Of a DNA stretch of 64,000 bases, positions 48,002 through 59,008 are shown in pieces. Positions within the stretch are counted from its first letter, which is position 1; the number at the start of each line of letters is the position of its first letter. Source of the DNA: Arcobacteraceae bacterium (GTDB lineage Bacteria; Campylobacterota; Campylobacteria; Campylobacterales; Arcobacteraceae); NCBI GenBank assembly GCA_965224485.1, contig CBDCZH010000010.1, forward strand, positions 224,001 to 288,000, in the 5' to 3' direction. Below the pieces are notes generated by a model that saw nothing but the letters and a program-made list of their open reading frames with translations, was not told the origin of the DNA and did no database searches. Position numbers and translations under genes: made by a program.

Positions 48002-50038
48002 ATGAAAAAAATTGTTATTACGGGGGCACTAGGCCATATAGGTTCAAAACTTATAAGAATACTTCCTTTTATATTTAAAGATTGTGAAGTTATTATGATT
48101 GATAACCTTGCGACACAGAGGTATTGTTCATTAGTTGATTTACCAAAAGAGGGAAAGTATAGATTTATTGAAGCTGATATTTTAACATCAGATTTAGAGA
48201 AGCTTTTTGAAGATGCGTTTGTAGTGATTCATTTAGCTGCCATCACAACGGCGGCAGGAAGTTTTGAAAACCTAAAAGAAATAGAAACAGTAAATTTAGA
48301 TGGAACAAAAAAAGTTGCTCTTGCTTGTGAAAAAGTTGGTTCTCGACTTATCTTTATCTCTACTGCTAGTGTATATGGTACACAAAATGAAACAGTTGAT
48401 GAAAATTGTTCAAGTGAAGAATTAAATCCACAAAGTCCTTATGCCGATTCCAAATTTAAATCAGAAGAATTTTTAGTAAATATGAAAGATAGACTTAAGT
48501 TTGTTATTCTAAGATTTGGTACTATTTTTGGATACTCTGTTGGTATGCGATTTCATACAGCAGTCAATAAATTTTGTTGGCAAGCTACAATGGGTAATCC
48601 TATTACCGTATGGGAAACAGCATATGAGCAAAAGAGACCCTATTTAGGATTAAATGATGCTATTGATGCCATGTGTTTTGTGATAGAAAAAAACATTTTT
48701 AATGCAGAAGTTTACAATGTTCTTACCCTTAATGCTACAGTCAAAGATGTGATTGATTATATAAAAAAAGAAATTACTAATGTTGAGATAGATTTTGTAA
48801 AACAAGAAATCATGAATACTGACAGTTATAGAGTTTTAAATAAAAAATTCAAAAATCTTGGATTTGAGTTTCAGGATGCACTTAGTAACTCTATAGGAGA
48901 TACAATGAACAAGCTTAGATCCTCAAATAATACAGATGAACTTTCGGATATAAAAGTAGAGGTGTTGATACCTTCGTACAATAGAACAAATTATCTTAAA
49001 AGAGCACTATCCTCTTTGGTTGTTCAAAAATACAAACATTTTAAAGTGAGTATCTTTGATGATGTTTCAAATAGTGAAACTCAAGAAGTTTTGAAAAAAT
49101 ATTCAGCTAATGATTCTAGAGTGTCTTACACTATTAATAAAAAAAATCTTGGAGTTTTTGAAAATCATTGGCACATGTTTGAACAAGCATCATTACCATA
49201 TATAGTACACCTGGCTAATGATGATATGTTATTACCCAATTTTTTTGATAAGTTGATTCCTTCAGTAAAAAAATACCCAAATATGGGAATGTATATGGGA
49301 CGCTGTGTTAGGTATAATAAAGATGAAGATTTTTTTTCAATCACACCAGAATATAATATAAAAAGTGGTGTTTATAAAGGTGAGGCAGCATTAGAACTTT
49401 TACTGGAAACATCTATGATCTGGACTTCTGGCATTATTAACAGAAAATACTTCATGGAGGCTGAAAATTATCTAAAAAAAAATGGATTACAGACAGTTGA
49501 CAATTTGGCATTTGATATGTTTGATATTAACTATATAGTTTCTAAATATGGAATTGTGGTCACAGATGAACCTGTTGCTATTTATTTTCATCATAATGAA
49601 CAAACAAGCTCAAATACTAATGAAGATGATTTTATAAAGAAATTTACTTATAGATTAGAGTCCTTTGATTTAATAAGTGATGCTAATTCATCTTTTTTAA
49701 AGAAAGTTACTGAAAAAAAGCTAAGTTATCTAGAAGGTATTATTTTAAGTTGTTTAAAATATGAACATAAAAGGGCCTTTGATTATTTTTGTGATATGTA
49801 TTTTACTTTAAATAAAGTAACTAGTGCTAGATTGAGCAGAAAAGTACCTATTAAGTTCATGAGTATATTTGCTCCATTTCTTTTTAGGACATTTTCTTTT
49901 TTTGCCAAAAGACGTATAACAAAAGGACATGCTAGTATTCAAAAAAAATCAGAAACTAGTAATATAAATATGGATTATGTAAAAAAGCATATATTTGCTG
50001 CTGAAAATTTTGAATTTAATAATAAAGGAAAAGTATGA
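48002..50038 (+). CDS. fusion: N-terminal NAD-dependent epimerase/reductase + C-terminal GT2 glycosyltransferase
   Basis: GALGHIG, YADSK and LRFGTIFG in the first ~310 aa; then VLIPSYNR, IFDD, NLG and LANDD. Confidence 0.8.
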   Translation: MKKIVITGALGHIGSKLIRILPFIFKDCEVIMIDNLATQRYCSLVDLPKEGKYRFIEADILTSDLEKLFEDAFVVIHLAAITTAAGSFENLKEIETVNLDGTKKVALACEKVGSRLIFISTASVYGTQNETVDENCSSEELNPQSPYADSKFKSEEFLVNMKDRLKFVILRFGTIFGYSVGMRFHTAVNKFCWQATMGNPITVWETAYEQKRPYLGLNDAIDAMCFVIEKNIFNAEVYNVLTLNATVKDVIDYIKKEITNVEIDFVKQEIMNTDSYRVLNKKFKNLGFEFQDALSNSIGDTMNKLRSSNNTDELSDIKVEVLIPSYNRTNYLKRALSSLVVQKYKHFKVSIFDDVSNSETQEVLKKYSANDSRVSYTINKKNLGVFENHWHMFEQASLPYIVHLANDDMLLPNFFDKLIPSVKKYPNMGMYMGRCVRYNKDEDFFSITPEYNIKSGVYKGEAALELLLETSMIWTSGIINRKYFMEAENYLKKNGLQTVDNLAFDMFDINYIVSKYGIVVTDEPVAIYFHHNEQTSSNTNEDDFIKKFTYRLESFDLISDANSSFLKKVTEKKLSYLEGIILSCLKYEHKRAFDYFCDMYFTLNKVTSARLSRKVPIKFMSIFAPFLFRTFSFFAKRRITKGHASIQKKSETSNINMDYVKKHIFAAENFEFNNKGKV

Positions 50039-51513
50039 CATTAGTAACTTTTTGCTCTGATGACAAGTATTTGTATTTATTGAGACCTTTTTTACAAAGT
50101 ATCTCTGAACAAATTGAGCAACCTAAAGTTTTTGTTATTTATTATGAGTATAGTTTAAGTAATTTATACTTTCTAGAAAGAGTTTTTCCTTTTGTTCGTT
50201 TTATAAAAGAAGATCGTAAGAGTGATAATCCCACTTACATAAATTCAGGAAGGCTTCATCACTATCTAGATATTTTAGAAACTTTAGAAAAAGACAGTGA
50301 TATAGTATATATTGACTGTGATACAATTATTTTAAAAGATTTTTCAGATATTTTTGATAAAGATTTTGATGCAGCATTTACTTATAAAGAAGATAAATTT
50401 CCTTTAAATTTTGGGGTTATTTGTGGTAGAAATAATGCATCATTTAAAGAAACAATAAAATATATTTGTGAAACGGTTGATAATATATTTTTAGATGATA
50501 ATTTACTAGCTGAGGCTACTAGATTAAGTGGTGCAGCAGATCAGCATTCTATTAATGCCTTAATCCATGCGCCAAATAAACCGCCAGCTTATGAGACGTA
50601 TACAGAAAAAGATAGAGATGGTACTTTTGGAAAAAGATATAATATAGAAATAAATGGTATAAATATTAAGATGGACTTTTTTCCTTGTACGATATACAAT
50701 GAAACTGAGTGTAAGCCTATCTCTGATGAGTTAAAAGTAATACATTATAAGAGTGGCTGGCATCCTATATTAAAAGAAATTCACAAGCCGAAATATTCTA
50801 AATATCGTTCAGAAGAAGATTGTAGAGAAATGTTTAATTATTGGGCAAGTTTTAATAATAAAGCAGTTGAGAGTTACTTCAGTTTTATTTTTAGTGGAAT
50901 GGATGAGTCTGTAGCTAAATTGATAAAAAATAAATGCGAAACATCATTAACTGAAAATAAAATTAATATTTTAGTAATACTAGCTATGTGTAAAAAATTA
51001 GACATTAAATCTATTGTTATTATGAGTAAAAGAGAAAAATATTTACAAGAAATTATATTGAGTTACACAGATAATATTACAATATTGACTTCAAAGGATA
51101 TTATAAAAAACAATAGTCTTGTATTGATTGATGACATGGGAATTTACAAAAGTTCACGTATCATAAAAAATAATTTTATAGTCAATAAAAATATATTACT
51201 TAATATTGTTATATCTACTTCAGATGTCAGTACTAGTAAATCTTTTATAAATAATTTTATTTTAATGAAAACTTTAAATATCTCAGAATTTTCTAAATAC
51301 TTTGATGAAATATTTTTTGAGAATGAAGGCCTAGCAGCTTCTACTCTTCTAAAAGAGAATCTTTCTTTTATATTACCAGATGGTAATAATGAAAAATTTA
51401 ATTTTATGGAATCATCAAAATTGGCAAAAGTTTTAAGGGTTTTAAGTAGAATTTGTAAAGGCACTTGTGGAAAAATATTACAAAATTCTGATAAAAAAAG
51501 GCCAGTAAAATGA
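50035..51513 (+). CDS. putative GT-A (GT8-like) glycosyltransferase with uncharacterised C-terminal region
   Basis: 'VYIDCDTIIL', 'LNFGVI', 'DQ', 'IYN', 'IHYK'. Confidence 0.55.
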   Translation: MTLVTFCSDDKYLYLLRPFLQSISEQIEQPKVFVIYYEYSLSNLYFLERVFPFVRFIKEDRKSDNPTYINSGRLHHYLDILETLEKDSDIVYIDCDTIILKDFSDIFDKDFDAAFTYKEDKFPLNFGVICGRNNASFKETIKYICETVDNIFLDDNLLAEATRLSGAADQHSINALIHAPNKPPAYETYTEKDRDGTFGKRYNIEINGINIKMDFFPCTIYNETECKPISDELKVIHYKSGWHPILKEIHKPKYSKYRSEEDCREMFNYWASFNNKAVESYFSFIFSGMDESVAKLIKNKCETSLTENKINILVILAMCKKLDIKSIVIMSKREKYLQEIILSYTDNITILTSKDIIKNNSLVLIDDMGIYKSSRIIKNNFIVNKNILLNIVISTSDVSTSKSFINNFILMKTLNISEFSKYFDEIFFENEGLAASTLLKENLSFILPDGNNEKFNFMESSKLAKVLRVLSRICKGTCGKILQNSDKKRPVK

Positions 51514-52886
51514 GTTTAAATTTACTTTTATTAGATCATCGAGGAAAGTATTTGAGTAGCTTTTCTGATTCAGAGGAACTTAAAATACACACTGCATATG
51601 TTGCTCATAATGATATTAAAAATAAGTATAAAGAAGAGGCTGCTGAAGTATCAGTTATATCTTATGATGATATAACTAATAATACTAAAATAAAACATTC
51701 CTATTCTGAACTTAATTCTTATGAATATATGATGCATAAAGTGATACGATACACAAAAAGACAAATTACCAATATAAATAATATAAATTATTTATATTAT
51801 GTGCATTTGTCTTTTTGGATAGATTTTTTTGATAATAATGATATAGATTTAATATTTAGTGAAGGAGAAAGTGGTCAAATTGATTTGAAAATACCAATGG
51901 AAGTGGCTAAGTCTAGAAATATTAAAGTTTTAGTTATGGAAAATATCACTGCTTCAAATGATACATGGATTCATGCATTAAAAGATTATAATACAAAAGA
52001 ATTTATTGATTTTAGTAGAACATCATGGGTATATCCTGAAGGGATTTTGGGTAATCATTTATACAATAGCAATCATTACAAAAAAAAGAATAAGATTCCA
52101 TTTAGAGAAAAGATTTCTTTATTTGCATATAGTAAACTTGGCGTAAAATTGTTTGGAGTTGCTGATTTATTTCTAGATTTAAAAGTTAATTTTGCTAGAC
52201 AACAAATTGGAAGACATGAATTATCGGAATGGTACTCAAAAGTAGATAGTGTGGAAAAACACTACAAGTCTTTAACTGTAAAAGAAGTTGATTTTGATTT
52301 AAAATATATATACTATCCTTTACATTATGAGCCAGAAGCTAGTTTTGATAGTAGAATTGATTTACCAAGTCAGTTACTTGCTATAAAAATGATAAGTGAT
52401 GAACTTCCTGATGGTTGGAAACTATATGTTAAAGAACATCCTAGTCAATATGATATATTTAATTATAAAAGATGGTATTATACTATTAACTATACAAATT
52501 ATAAGGATAACTCATTTTATGATTTTATGAATAAATTAGAAAATGTAGAAATTTTAAGTTCGGATGTAGAATCTAAGGAACTTATTGATAGCGCTGCGTG
52601 TGTAGTTACATTTGTAGGTACAGTTGCATATGAGGCTATCAATCAAAAAAAACCATTAATGATTTTTGCTTCAGAAGCAAGCCCTCTTCAATACTGTGAA
52701 GATGTATTTAAAATTAAATCACCTTCTGATATTAATTTGGCAGTAAATAAACTTAAAAATAACTTTATTCCAAATTATAATGATTATGAAGAAATTGAAA
52801 AAAAATATTTTTTTGAACAAAATAAAGAAACTGAAGAACCTAAAATTCCGCCAAATATCTTAATAGAAGCACTTAACCAATTTTAA
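51510..52886 (+). CDS. KpsS/Capsule_synth-like protein, candidate ulosonate transferase
   Basis: 'YYPLHYEPEAS', 'LYVKEHP', 'GTVAYEA...KKP'. Confidence 0.65.
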   Translation: MSLNLLLLDHRGKYLSSFSDSEELKIHTAYVAHNDIKNKYKEEAAEVSVISYDDITNNTKIKHSYSELNSYEYMMHKVIRYTKRQITNINNINYLYYVHLSFWIDFFDNNDIDLIFSEGESGQIDLKIPMEVAKSRNIKVLVMENITASNDTWIHALKDYNTKEFIDFSRTSWVYPEGILGNHLYNSNHYKKKNKIPFREKISLFAYSKLGVKLFGVADLFLDLKVNFARQQIGRHELSEWYSKVDSVEKHYKSLTVKEVDFDLKYIYYPLHYEPEASFDSRIDLPSQLLAIKMISDELPDGWKLYVKEHPSQYDIFNYKRWYYTINYTNYKDNSFYDFMNKLENVEILSSDVESKELIDSAACVVTFVGTVAYEAINQKKPLMIFASEASPLQYCEDVFKIKSPSDINLAVNKLKNNFIPNYNDYEEIEKKYFFEQNKETEEPKIPPNILIEALNQF

Positions 52887-52897
52887 AAGGAAGAATA

Positions 52898-53701
52898 ATG
52901 GCACTTAAACAATTAAATAAAAAAGCAGATGAAAATTTTTGGGATGGACAGTGGAATCAAAATTCTTTTGAAAAGGCCGTTACTTATGTTAATAGTTTTA
53001 AGCAATATCAAATTACAAAAGAATATACAGATAAGACATTACCTGTATTAGAAGGCGGTTGTGGTCTATCACAATGGGTATATGCTATGCATCATGAAGG
53101 TTATAATATAATCGGTGTCGATTATGCAAAAAAAACTGTAGAGAGAGTGAAAAATCTTGTTCCAGAGTTAGATATTAGAGAAGGTAACGTGTTTGAATTA
53201 GATTTTCCTGATGGATATTTTGGAACATATTGTAGCTGGGGCGTTGTAGAACATTTTGAAGATGGACCAGAACCTATATTGGAAGAAGCATATAGAGTTA
53301 TTGCAAAAAATGGTTATTTTTTAGTTTCTGTTCCTTTTTTAAATCCAGCGAGAAAAAAAGCTTATAAAGGTTTGGGATTTATTGGACAAGGTGAATTTTA
53401 TCAATATATGTTTGATGAGTTAGAATTTAAAGAAAAACTGGAAAAAGTAGGATTTAAAGTCGAGGATACATACAAATTAAATTGGGTTAAATCGTATAAG
53501 GAAGTTTTAAAATATACAAAAAAAACTAAAGATATAATTAATATTCCTACTGATAATATAAATATACAAAAAAGTATAGAATTTAAAGGTGATAATATTA
53601 TTAAAAAATCTATAAAAAGAATGATTATAAAGCTAGAGGATAATCAATTAATTACAAAAAACTACGGACATATGATACTTTTTGTTGCCAAAAAGATTTA
53701 A
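52898..53701 (+). CDS. class I SAM-dependent methyltransferase
   Basis: VLEGGCG, GVD, 'SWGVVEHF', 'LVSVP'. Confidence 0.82.
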   Translation: MALKQLNKKADENFWDGQWNQNSFEKAVTYVNSFKQYQITKEYTDKTLPVLEGGCGLSQWVYAMHHEGYNIIGVDYAKKTVERVKNLVPELDIREGNVFELDFPDGYFGTYCSWGVVEHFEDGPEPILEEAYRVIAKNGYFLVSVPFLNPARKKAYKGLGFIGQGEFYQYMFDELEFKEKLEKVGFKVEDTYKLNWVKSYKEVLKYTKKTKDIINIPTDNINIQKSIEFKGDNIIKKSIKRMIIKLEDNQLITKNYGHMILFVAKKI

Positions 53702-53703
53702 TA

Positions 53704-54742
53704 GTGAGTGGACCACAAAATTTTTTATCAAGGCTTCAAAAAGAGTTGGTAAAATATGAATTACCCAGCCATGAAATTATAAATCCGCATCCTAAGAATA
53801 TTCATTTACTAGAAAAACAAGAAGTTTTGAAAGTTGGACGTTTAGATGGAGTAATGTATTATAAAATGACATCTAAAAATCTACAAAATTTGTTTATGCA
53901 AAGAAGAAATTTAAACTTAAATATATTAAATATGATTCCTGATAAATTAACAATGTTATTAACTGTACCATTTAATAAATATTTAAATAGAAATAATAAA
54001 GCAGTGTTAAATAAAAGTAATATTGTTGTATATCAAAGTGAACTATCAAAGAAAATGCATAATAAATTCATAGGAGTCAGCGAAAAACCTTCTAAAATAA
54101 TATTGAATGGAGTTCCAACTGATATATTCTATCCTCAAAAGGAATTCCTAAAACTAGAAGGATATCCAAAACTTGTTATAACAGCATCATTTAGATTACA
54201 CAAAAGACTTCATGATGCTATATTTATAACAAATAATTTAAAACAAAAATATCCAAATATAAAACTTCATGTAATTGGAGATATGGATAATCTTACAAAA
54301 GAATATATTGGTGAATTGAATACTTTAAATTGTATATTTCATGGAAGGGTAAAAAGCGATGACCTATTAAAGTTCTATAGTTCTTGTGATGTTGGATTGT
54401 CTTTATGCATTTTTGATTCTTGTCCTAATAGTGTGGTAGAAATGATGGGGTGTGGACTACCAGTAATTACAAATTCACAAAGTGGTGCAAGTGAATTGTT
54501 AAAACACAAAGATCTAATTGTTTTGGATGAATTCGATATTGATTTTATAGAAATTCAAACTGCAGAAAAGCTTCCAATAGTTGATATTGTAAAATGGAGT
54601 GAATCTATAGAAAAAGTATTAGAAAAGAAAAGATTATACAGTGATTATATCCTTCAAAGAGTTGAAGAAGAATTAAATATAAAAAAAGTTGCAAAAAAAA
54701 TATGCTGACTTTATAATGGAAAATCAATATGCCAATTGTTAG
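53704..54742 (+). CDS. GT4 glycosyltransferase; apparent +1 A at 54693-54700 (ORF as given stops at 54708)
   Basis: 'ILNGV', 'HKR', 'DSCPNSVVEMMGCGLPVI'; corrected end AKKYADFIMENQYANC*. Confidence 0.8.
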
Positions 54743-55499
54743 TGTTGTTATGTCCGTTTATAATGGTGAAAAATATCTTGAAAGAGCTATAGTCTCTATA
54801 CTTAACCAGACATTTATAGATTTTGAATTTATTATCATTAATGATGGTTCAACAGATAGTAGTTTAGAAATATTACAAAGATATCAAGATCCTAGAATAC
54901 TTTTAATTAATCAAAAGAACAAAGGTTTAACTAAAAGTTTGAATATAGGAATACAAAAAGCGAAAGGTAAATATATAGCTAGACAAGATGCCGATGATGT
55001 ATCATTATTTACTAGATTAGAAAAACAAGTTGCATTCCTAGAAAATAGAGAAGATGTGGTTCTTTTGGGTACAAGAGTATTTGAGATAAATGGTTCTAAC
55101 AAAACAATTGGTAGATACTTTAATGAAGAGGAAATTAACAAACGAGTGTACATGTATAATCCTATTGCGCATGCAAGTGCAATCATTCGTAAAGATGCCT
55201 TTGAACGTATCGGTTTATATGATGTGTCATTTTCAACTTCACAAGATTTTGATGCATGGATACGATTGGCTGAGTTTGGTAAAATTGCTATGCTTGAAGA
55301 ACCATTATTAGAATATTATATACACGAGGATTCAGTTAGTTCCAAAAAATATTTGAAGCAAGTTATGAACTCTTACAGAGCTAGAAATGGTAAAGTAAAT
55401 TTTTTTAAAAACTTAAAATTATCAAGCTATCAATTAATATCTAATAGCTTACCTAGTTGGATAATTCAATTAAAAAGAAAGTATTTTTTAAATGTGTAG
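54729..55499 (+). CDS. GT2 glycosyltransferase
   Basis: VSVVMSVYN, INDGSTD, ARQDADD, QDFD. Confidence 0.9.
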   Translation: MPIVSVVMSVYNGEKYLERAIVSILNQTFIDFEFIIINDGSTDSSLEILQRYQDPRILLINQKNKGLTKSLNIGIQKAKGKYIARQDADDVSLFTRLEKQVAFLENREDVVLLGTRVFEINGSNKTIGRYFNEEEINKRVYMYNPIAHASAIIRKDAFERIGLYDVSFSTSQDFDAWIRLAEFGKIAMLEEPLLEYYIHEDSVSSKKYLKQVMNSYRARNGKVNFFKNLKLSSYQLISNSLPSWIIQLKRKYFLNV

Positions 55500-57298
55500 C
55501 ATATTAGGATACGTTAATACAAGACTTTCATATGAAGAGGTAGTCAAGCTAAATTTTACTATGTCTCATCGTGGGCCAGATGATTCTACTGTAAAAGAGT
55601 ATAGATTCAGGGAAACTAATATTATTTTGGCTCATAATAGACTATCAATACAAGACTTAGAATTGCATGCCAATCAACCCATGGAAAATGAAAATTATGT
55701 AATAGTTTTCAATGGTGAAATTTATAATCATCATGAATTAAGAAAAGAATGTAAAAATATTTGGAAAAGCACAAGTGATACTGAAACGTTATTGGAACTT
55801 TTTAGTGTATTTGGGATTGAAAAAAACATTGTCGAAGCTTATTGGTATGTTCTCTATAGGACTTTTTGATAAAGTTGAGCAAAAGCTTTATTTAATACGT
55901 GATAGAGTAGGAATAAAACCACTATATTATACATTACAAGATGGAGAATTTGCTTTTGCTAGTGAACTTAAAAGTTTTGCTGAACATTTAAAGAAAAGTA
56001 ATTCTAATAAAGCTCTTATCCAGTTTATGACACTAGGGTATACATCTAATGATAATAGTTATTATGAAAATATTAAAAAACTTCCAGCTGGTCAATATTT
56101 GATTTTTGATGGCCATGATGTAAATATTAAGGGCTATTGGGATTTACCAAAAGATAAAATTGATATTAGTTTTGAAGAATCTGTAGAAGAAACTGAAAGG
56201 TTGATCAGAAGTAGTATAAAGTATAGATTATTATCAGATGTTGAAGTAGGTAGTTTTTTAAGTGGGGGAGTTGATAGTAGTTTAGTAAGTGCAATCATGC
56301 AACAAGAGAGTCAAAATAAAATTAAAACATTTTCAATAGGTTTTGAAGATAAAGCTTATGATGAATCAATATATGCAAAGGAAGTAGCAAAGTATATATC
56401 TAGTGAACACTATGAATATATCTTTACCAAAAAAGATATGTTTAATCTTATAGAGAATATTGATTATTATTATGATGAACCTTTTGGTGATGCTTCAAGT
56501 TTACCAATGATGGTACTGTCTCAGATGACAAAAGAACATGTAACTGTTGCACTTAGTGGTGATGGAGGAGATGAACTATTCTTAGGATATAATAGGTATG
56601 CTACTACTGATAATTATTATAAAAAATTAGTCAAAATACCACAATCAATAAGAACAATAGCATCAATCGTAGGTAAATATTCAGGACAAGATAAACTGCA
56701 AAAAATGAGTTACCCACTTAAGAATTTAAGTGAACAAAGTTTATACTCTATTTTATATAGTTCAATAAAACCTTGGGAATTAAATAATTTGTTTAATCCT
56801 GAATTTTTAGAAGAATCATTTGGAAAAGTAGAACTTACTTTATTAGATATTTTAGAGTATAAGTTTGATGGTGATAATTTGATAGATAATCTAAGTAGAC
56901 TTGATTTTAAGAGATACTTAAGTGATGATATACTTACAAAAATTGACCGTGCCAGTATGGCTTATGGTTTAGAAGCTAGAGTTCCACTTCTTGATCATAG
57001 ATTGGTTGAATTTGCATATCGCTTACCTGCAGAATTGAAATTGAAAAAAGGACCAAAATCTATCCTTAAAGAGATACTTTATAATCAAATACCTAAGGAA
57101 TTAATTGAACGACCGAAAAGAGGATTCTCTGTTCCTTTGAAGGATTGGTTTAGAAAAGAATTAAAGGATATAGTTTATGATAAAATACAAAATTTAGATG
57201 CTAAATTTAATAAACAATATTTAAATAAAATATTTCATGAACATCAAAAAGGTAAAAACTTTGAATATGTATTATGGAATATATTAAGAATAAAATAA
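55492..57298 (+). CDS. asnB: asparagine-synthetase-like glutamine amidotransferase; apparent +1 A at 55820-55826
   Basis: N-terminal Cys (MCSI), HRGPD, FNGEIYN, RDRVGIKP, LSGGVDSS, SGDGGDE, EARVPLLD. Confidence 0.88.
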
Positions 57299-57307
57299 GG
57301 AATAACC

Positions 57308-59008
57308 TTGAGTATGTATAAAAAACTAAATTCACTTTTAACAAAACATGATAGACAATTTCTACTATGTTTAATAGTTTTTTCTATTTTTATAGCAATA
57401 ATTGAGACTGTAGGAATAGCTTCTATTCTACCTTTTATATCAGTTGCTAGTGATTTTACTCTTATCGAGTCAAATGAGTATTATAAAAACGTGTATGAAT
57501 TTTTCAATTTTAAAAGTAATGTTAATTTTGTCGTAATGTTTGGAGTTATTCTCGTGTTTTTCTATATATTAAGAGGTATCTTGAATATTTTATATAGTTA
57601 TTTCTTATCAAAATTTTCTAGAGGAAGAACTCATCTTTTTGCATGTAGGCTTTTTAAAAGCTACTTAGGGATGAGCTATCACTATTTTATATCTAAAAAT
57701 AGCAGTGAATTAACAAAATCAATTATAACTGAAACTCATAATCTTTCAACAATACTATCTGTTTTATTACTTATGATGAGTGAACTTTTTGTAGTTGTCT
57801 TTATTTATTCTGCAATGTTGTATGTAAGTTGGAAAATTACACTAGTAATTACTATTTTTTTAGGTTTAAATGCTTTTTTTTTAATCAAAAAAATATCTCC
57901 AATTATAAAAAAACAAGGAACTGTAAGAGAATCAACACAAAAGACGTTTTTTGAAATTATTAATAGTACACTTGGAAATTTTAAAATTATTAAACTACAG
58001 TCAAATGGTAAGGTAATCTTAGATAGATTTAATCTTGCCAGCAATGATTTTGCAAAAAGTGGGATTATTACTGAAACATATTCTATTTTTCCTAGAGTTT
58101 TTTTAGAAACTTTGGGCTTTGCTTTATTATCTTTACTTGTTATGTATCTTGTCTTTAAAAATCAAAATGACATATCTTCAAGTATGGGAATACTTTCTAT
58201 GTTTATTTTGGGACTTTACCGGCTTATGCCTTCTGCAAATAGACTTTTAACTGGTTATAATCAGATGATGTATCAACATAAATCTCTTGATATAATTCAT
58301 GATAATCTTATGTATGATGGTGAGAATTTAGGCGAAGGGAAAATTAAATTTTCACATACAGTAAAATTGAAAAATCTTATTTTTGGATATAGTCAAGAAA
58401 AAATAATTCTTGAAAATGTAAATTTAGAGATCAATAAAGGTGAAAAAATAGCTTTTATCGGACCTAGTGGAAGCGGAAAAAGTACTTTGGTTGATATTAT
58501 TATAGGATTATACCAACCTTTAGCTGGTACAATCAATATTGATGAGATGATATTGAATGAAGTAAATATTAAAAACTGGAGAAAAAAAGTAGGATACATT
58601 CCTCAAAATGTTTATTTATTTGATGGTACAGTTGCACAAAATATATCATTTGGTCTTGAATTTGATGCTGAAAAAATTAAAGATGTATTAAATAAAGCAA
58701 AGATATTGAATTTTTTAGAAACACACCAAGATGGTATAGATACTTTCGTAGGTGAAGGTGGTGTTATGTTAAGTGGGGGACAAAAACAACGTATTGCGAT
58801 AGCACGTGCTTTATACCAAGAACCAGAAATATTAGTATTAGATGAAGCTACTTCTGCACTTGATACTGCCATTGAAAAAGAAATAATGAATGAAATATAT
58901 GATATAAGTGAAGATAAAACACTTATAATTATCGCACATAGGTTAAGTACGATAGATAGATGTGAAAAAGTGTATAAAATAGAAAATAAAAAATTGGTTT
59001 TACAATAG
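57308..59008 (+). CDS. ABC transporter permease/ATPase, PglK-like lipid-linked oligosaccharide flippase
   Basis: Multi-TM N-terminus, 'YRLMPSANR', GPSGSGKS, LSGGQKQR, LDEATSALD, IAHRLST. Confidence 0.85.
   Translation: MSMYKKLNSLLTKHDRQFLLCLIVFSIFIAIIETVGIASILPFISVASDFTLIESNEYYKNVYEFFNFKSNVNFVVMFGVILVFFYILRGILNILYSYFLSKFSRGRTHLFACRLFKSYLGMSYHYFISKNSSELTKSIITETHNLSTILSVLLLMMSELFVVVFIYSAMLYVSWKITLVITIFLGLNAFFLIKKISPIIKKQGTVRESTQKTFFEIINSTLGNFKIIKLQSNGKVILDRFNLASNDFAKSGIITETYSIFPRVFLETLGFALLSLLVMYLVFKNQNDISSSMGILSMFILGLYRLMPSANRLLTGYNQMMYQHKSLDIIHDNLMYDGENLGEGKIKFSHTVKLKNLIFGYSQEKIILENVNLEINKGEKIAFIGPSGSGKSTLVDIIIGLYQPLAGTINIDEMILNEVNIKNWRKKVGYIPQNVYLFDGTVAQNISFGLEFDAEKIKDVLNKAKILNFLETHQDGIDTFVGEGGVMLSGGQKQRIAIARALYQEPEILVLDEATSALDTAIEKEIMNEIYDISEDKTLIIIAHRLSTIDRCEKVYKIENKKLVLQ

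Noticed and set aside
51454..51472. TGTAAAGGCACTTGTGG (KGTCG) as another 'PKG' element
   Set aside because: No hairpin arms, and an alternative frame reads as ordinary protein; likely coincidence.
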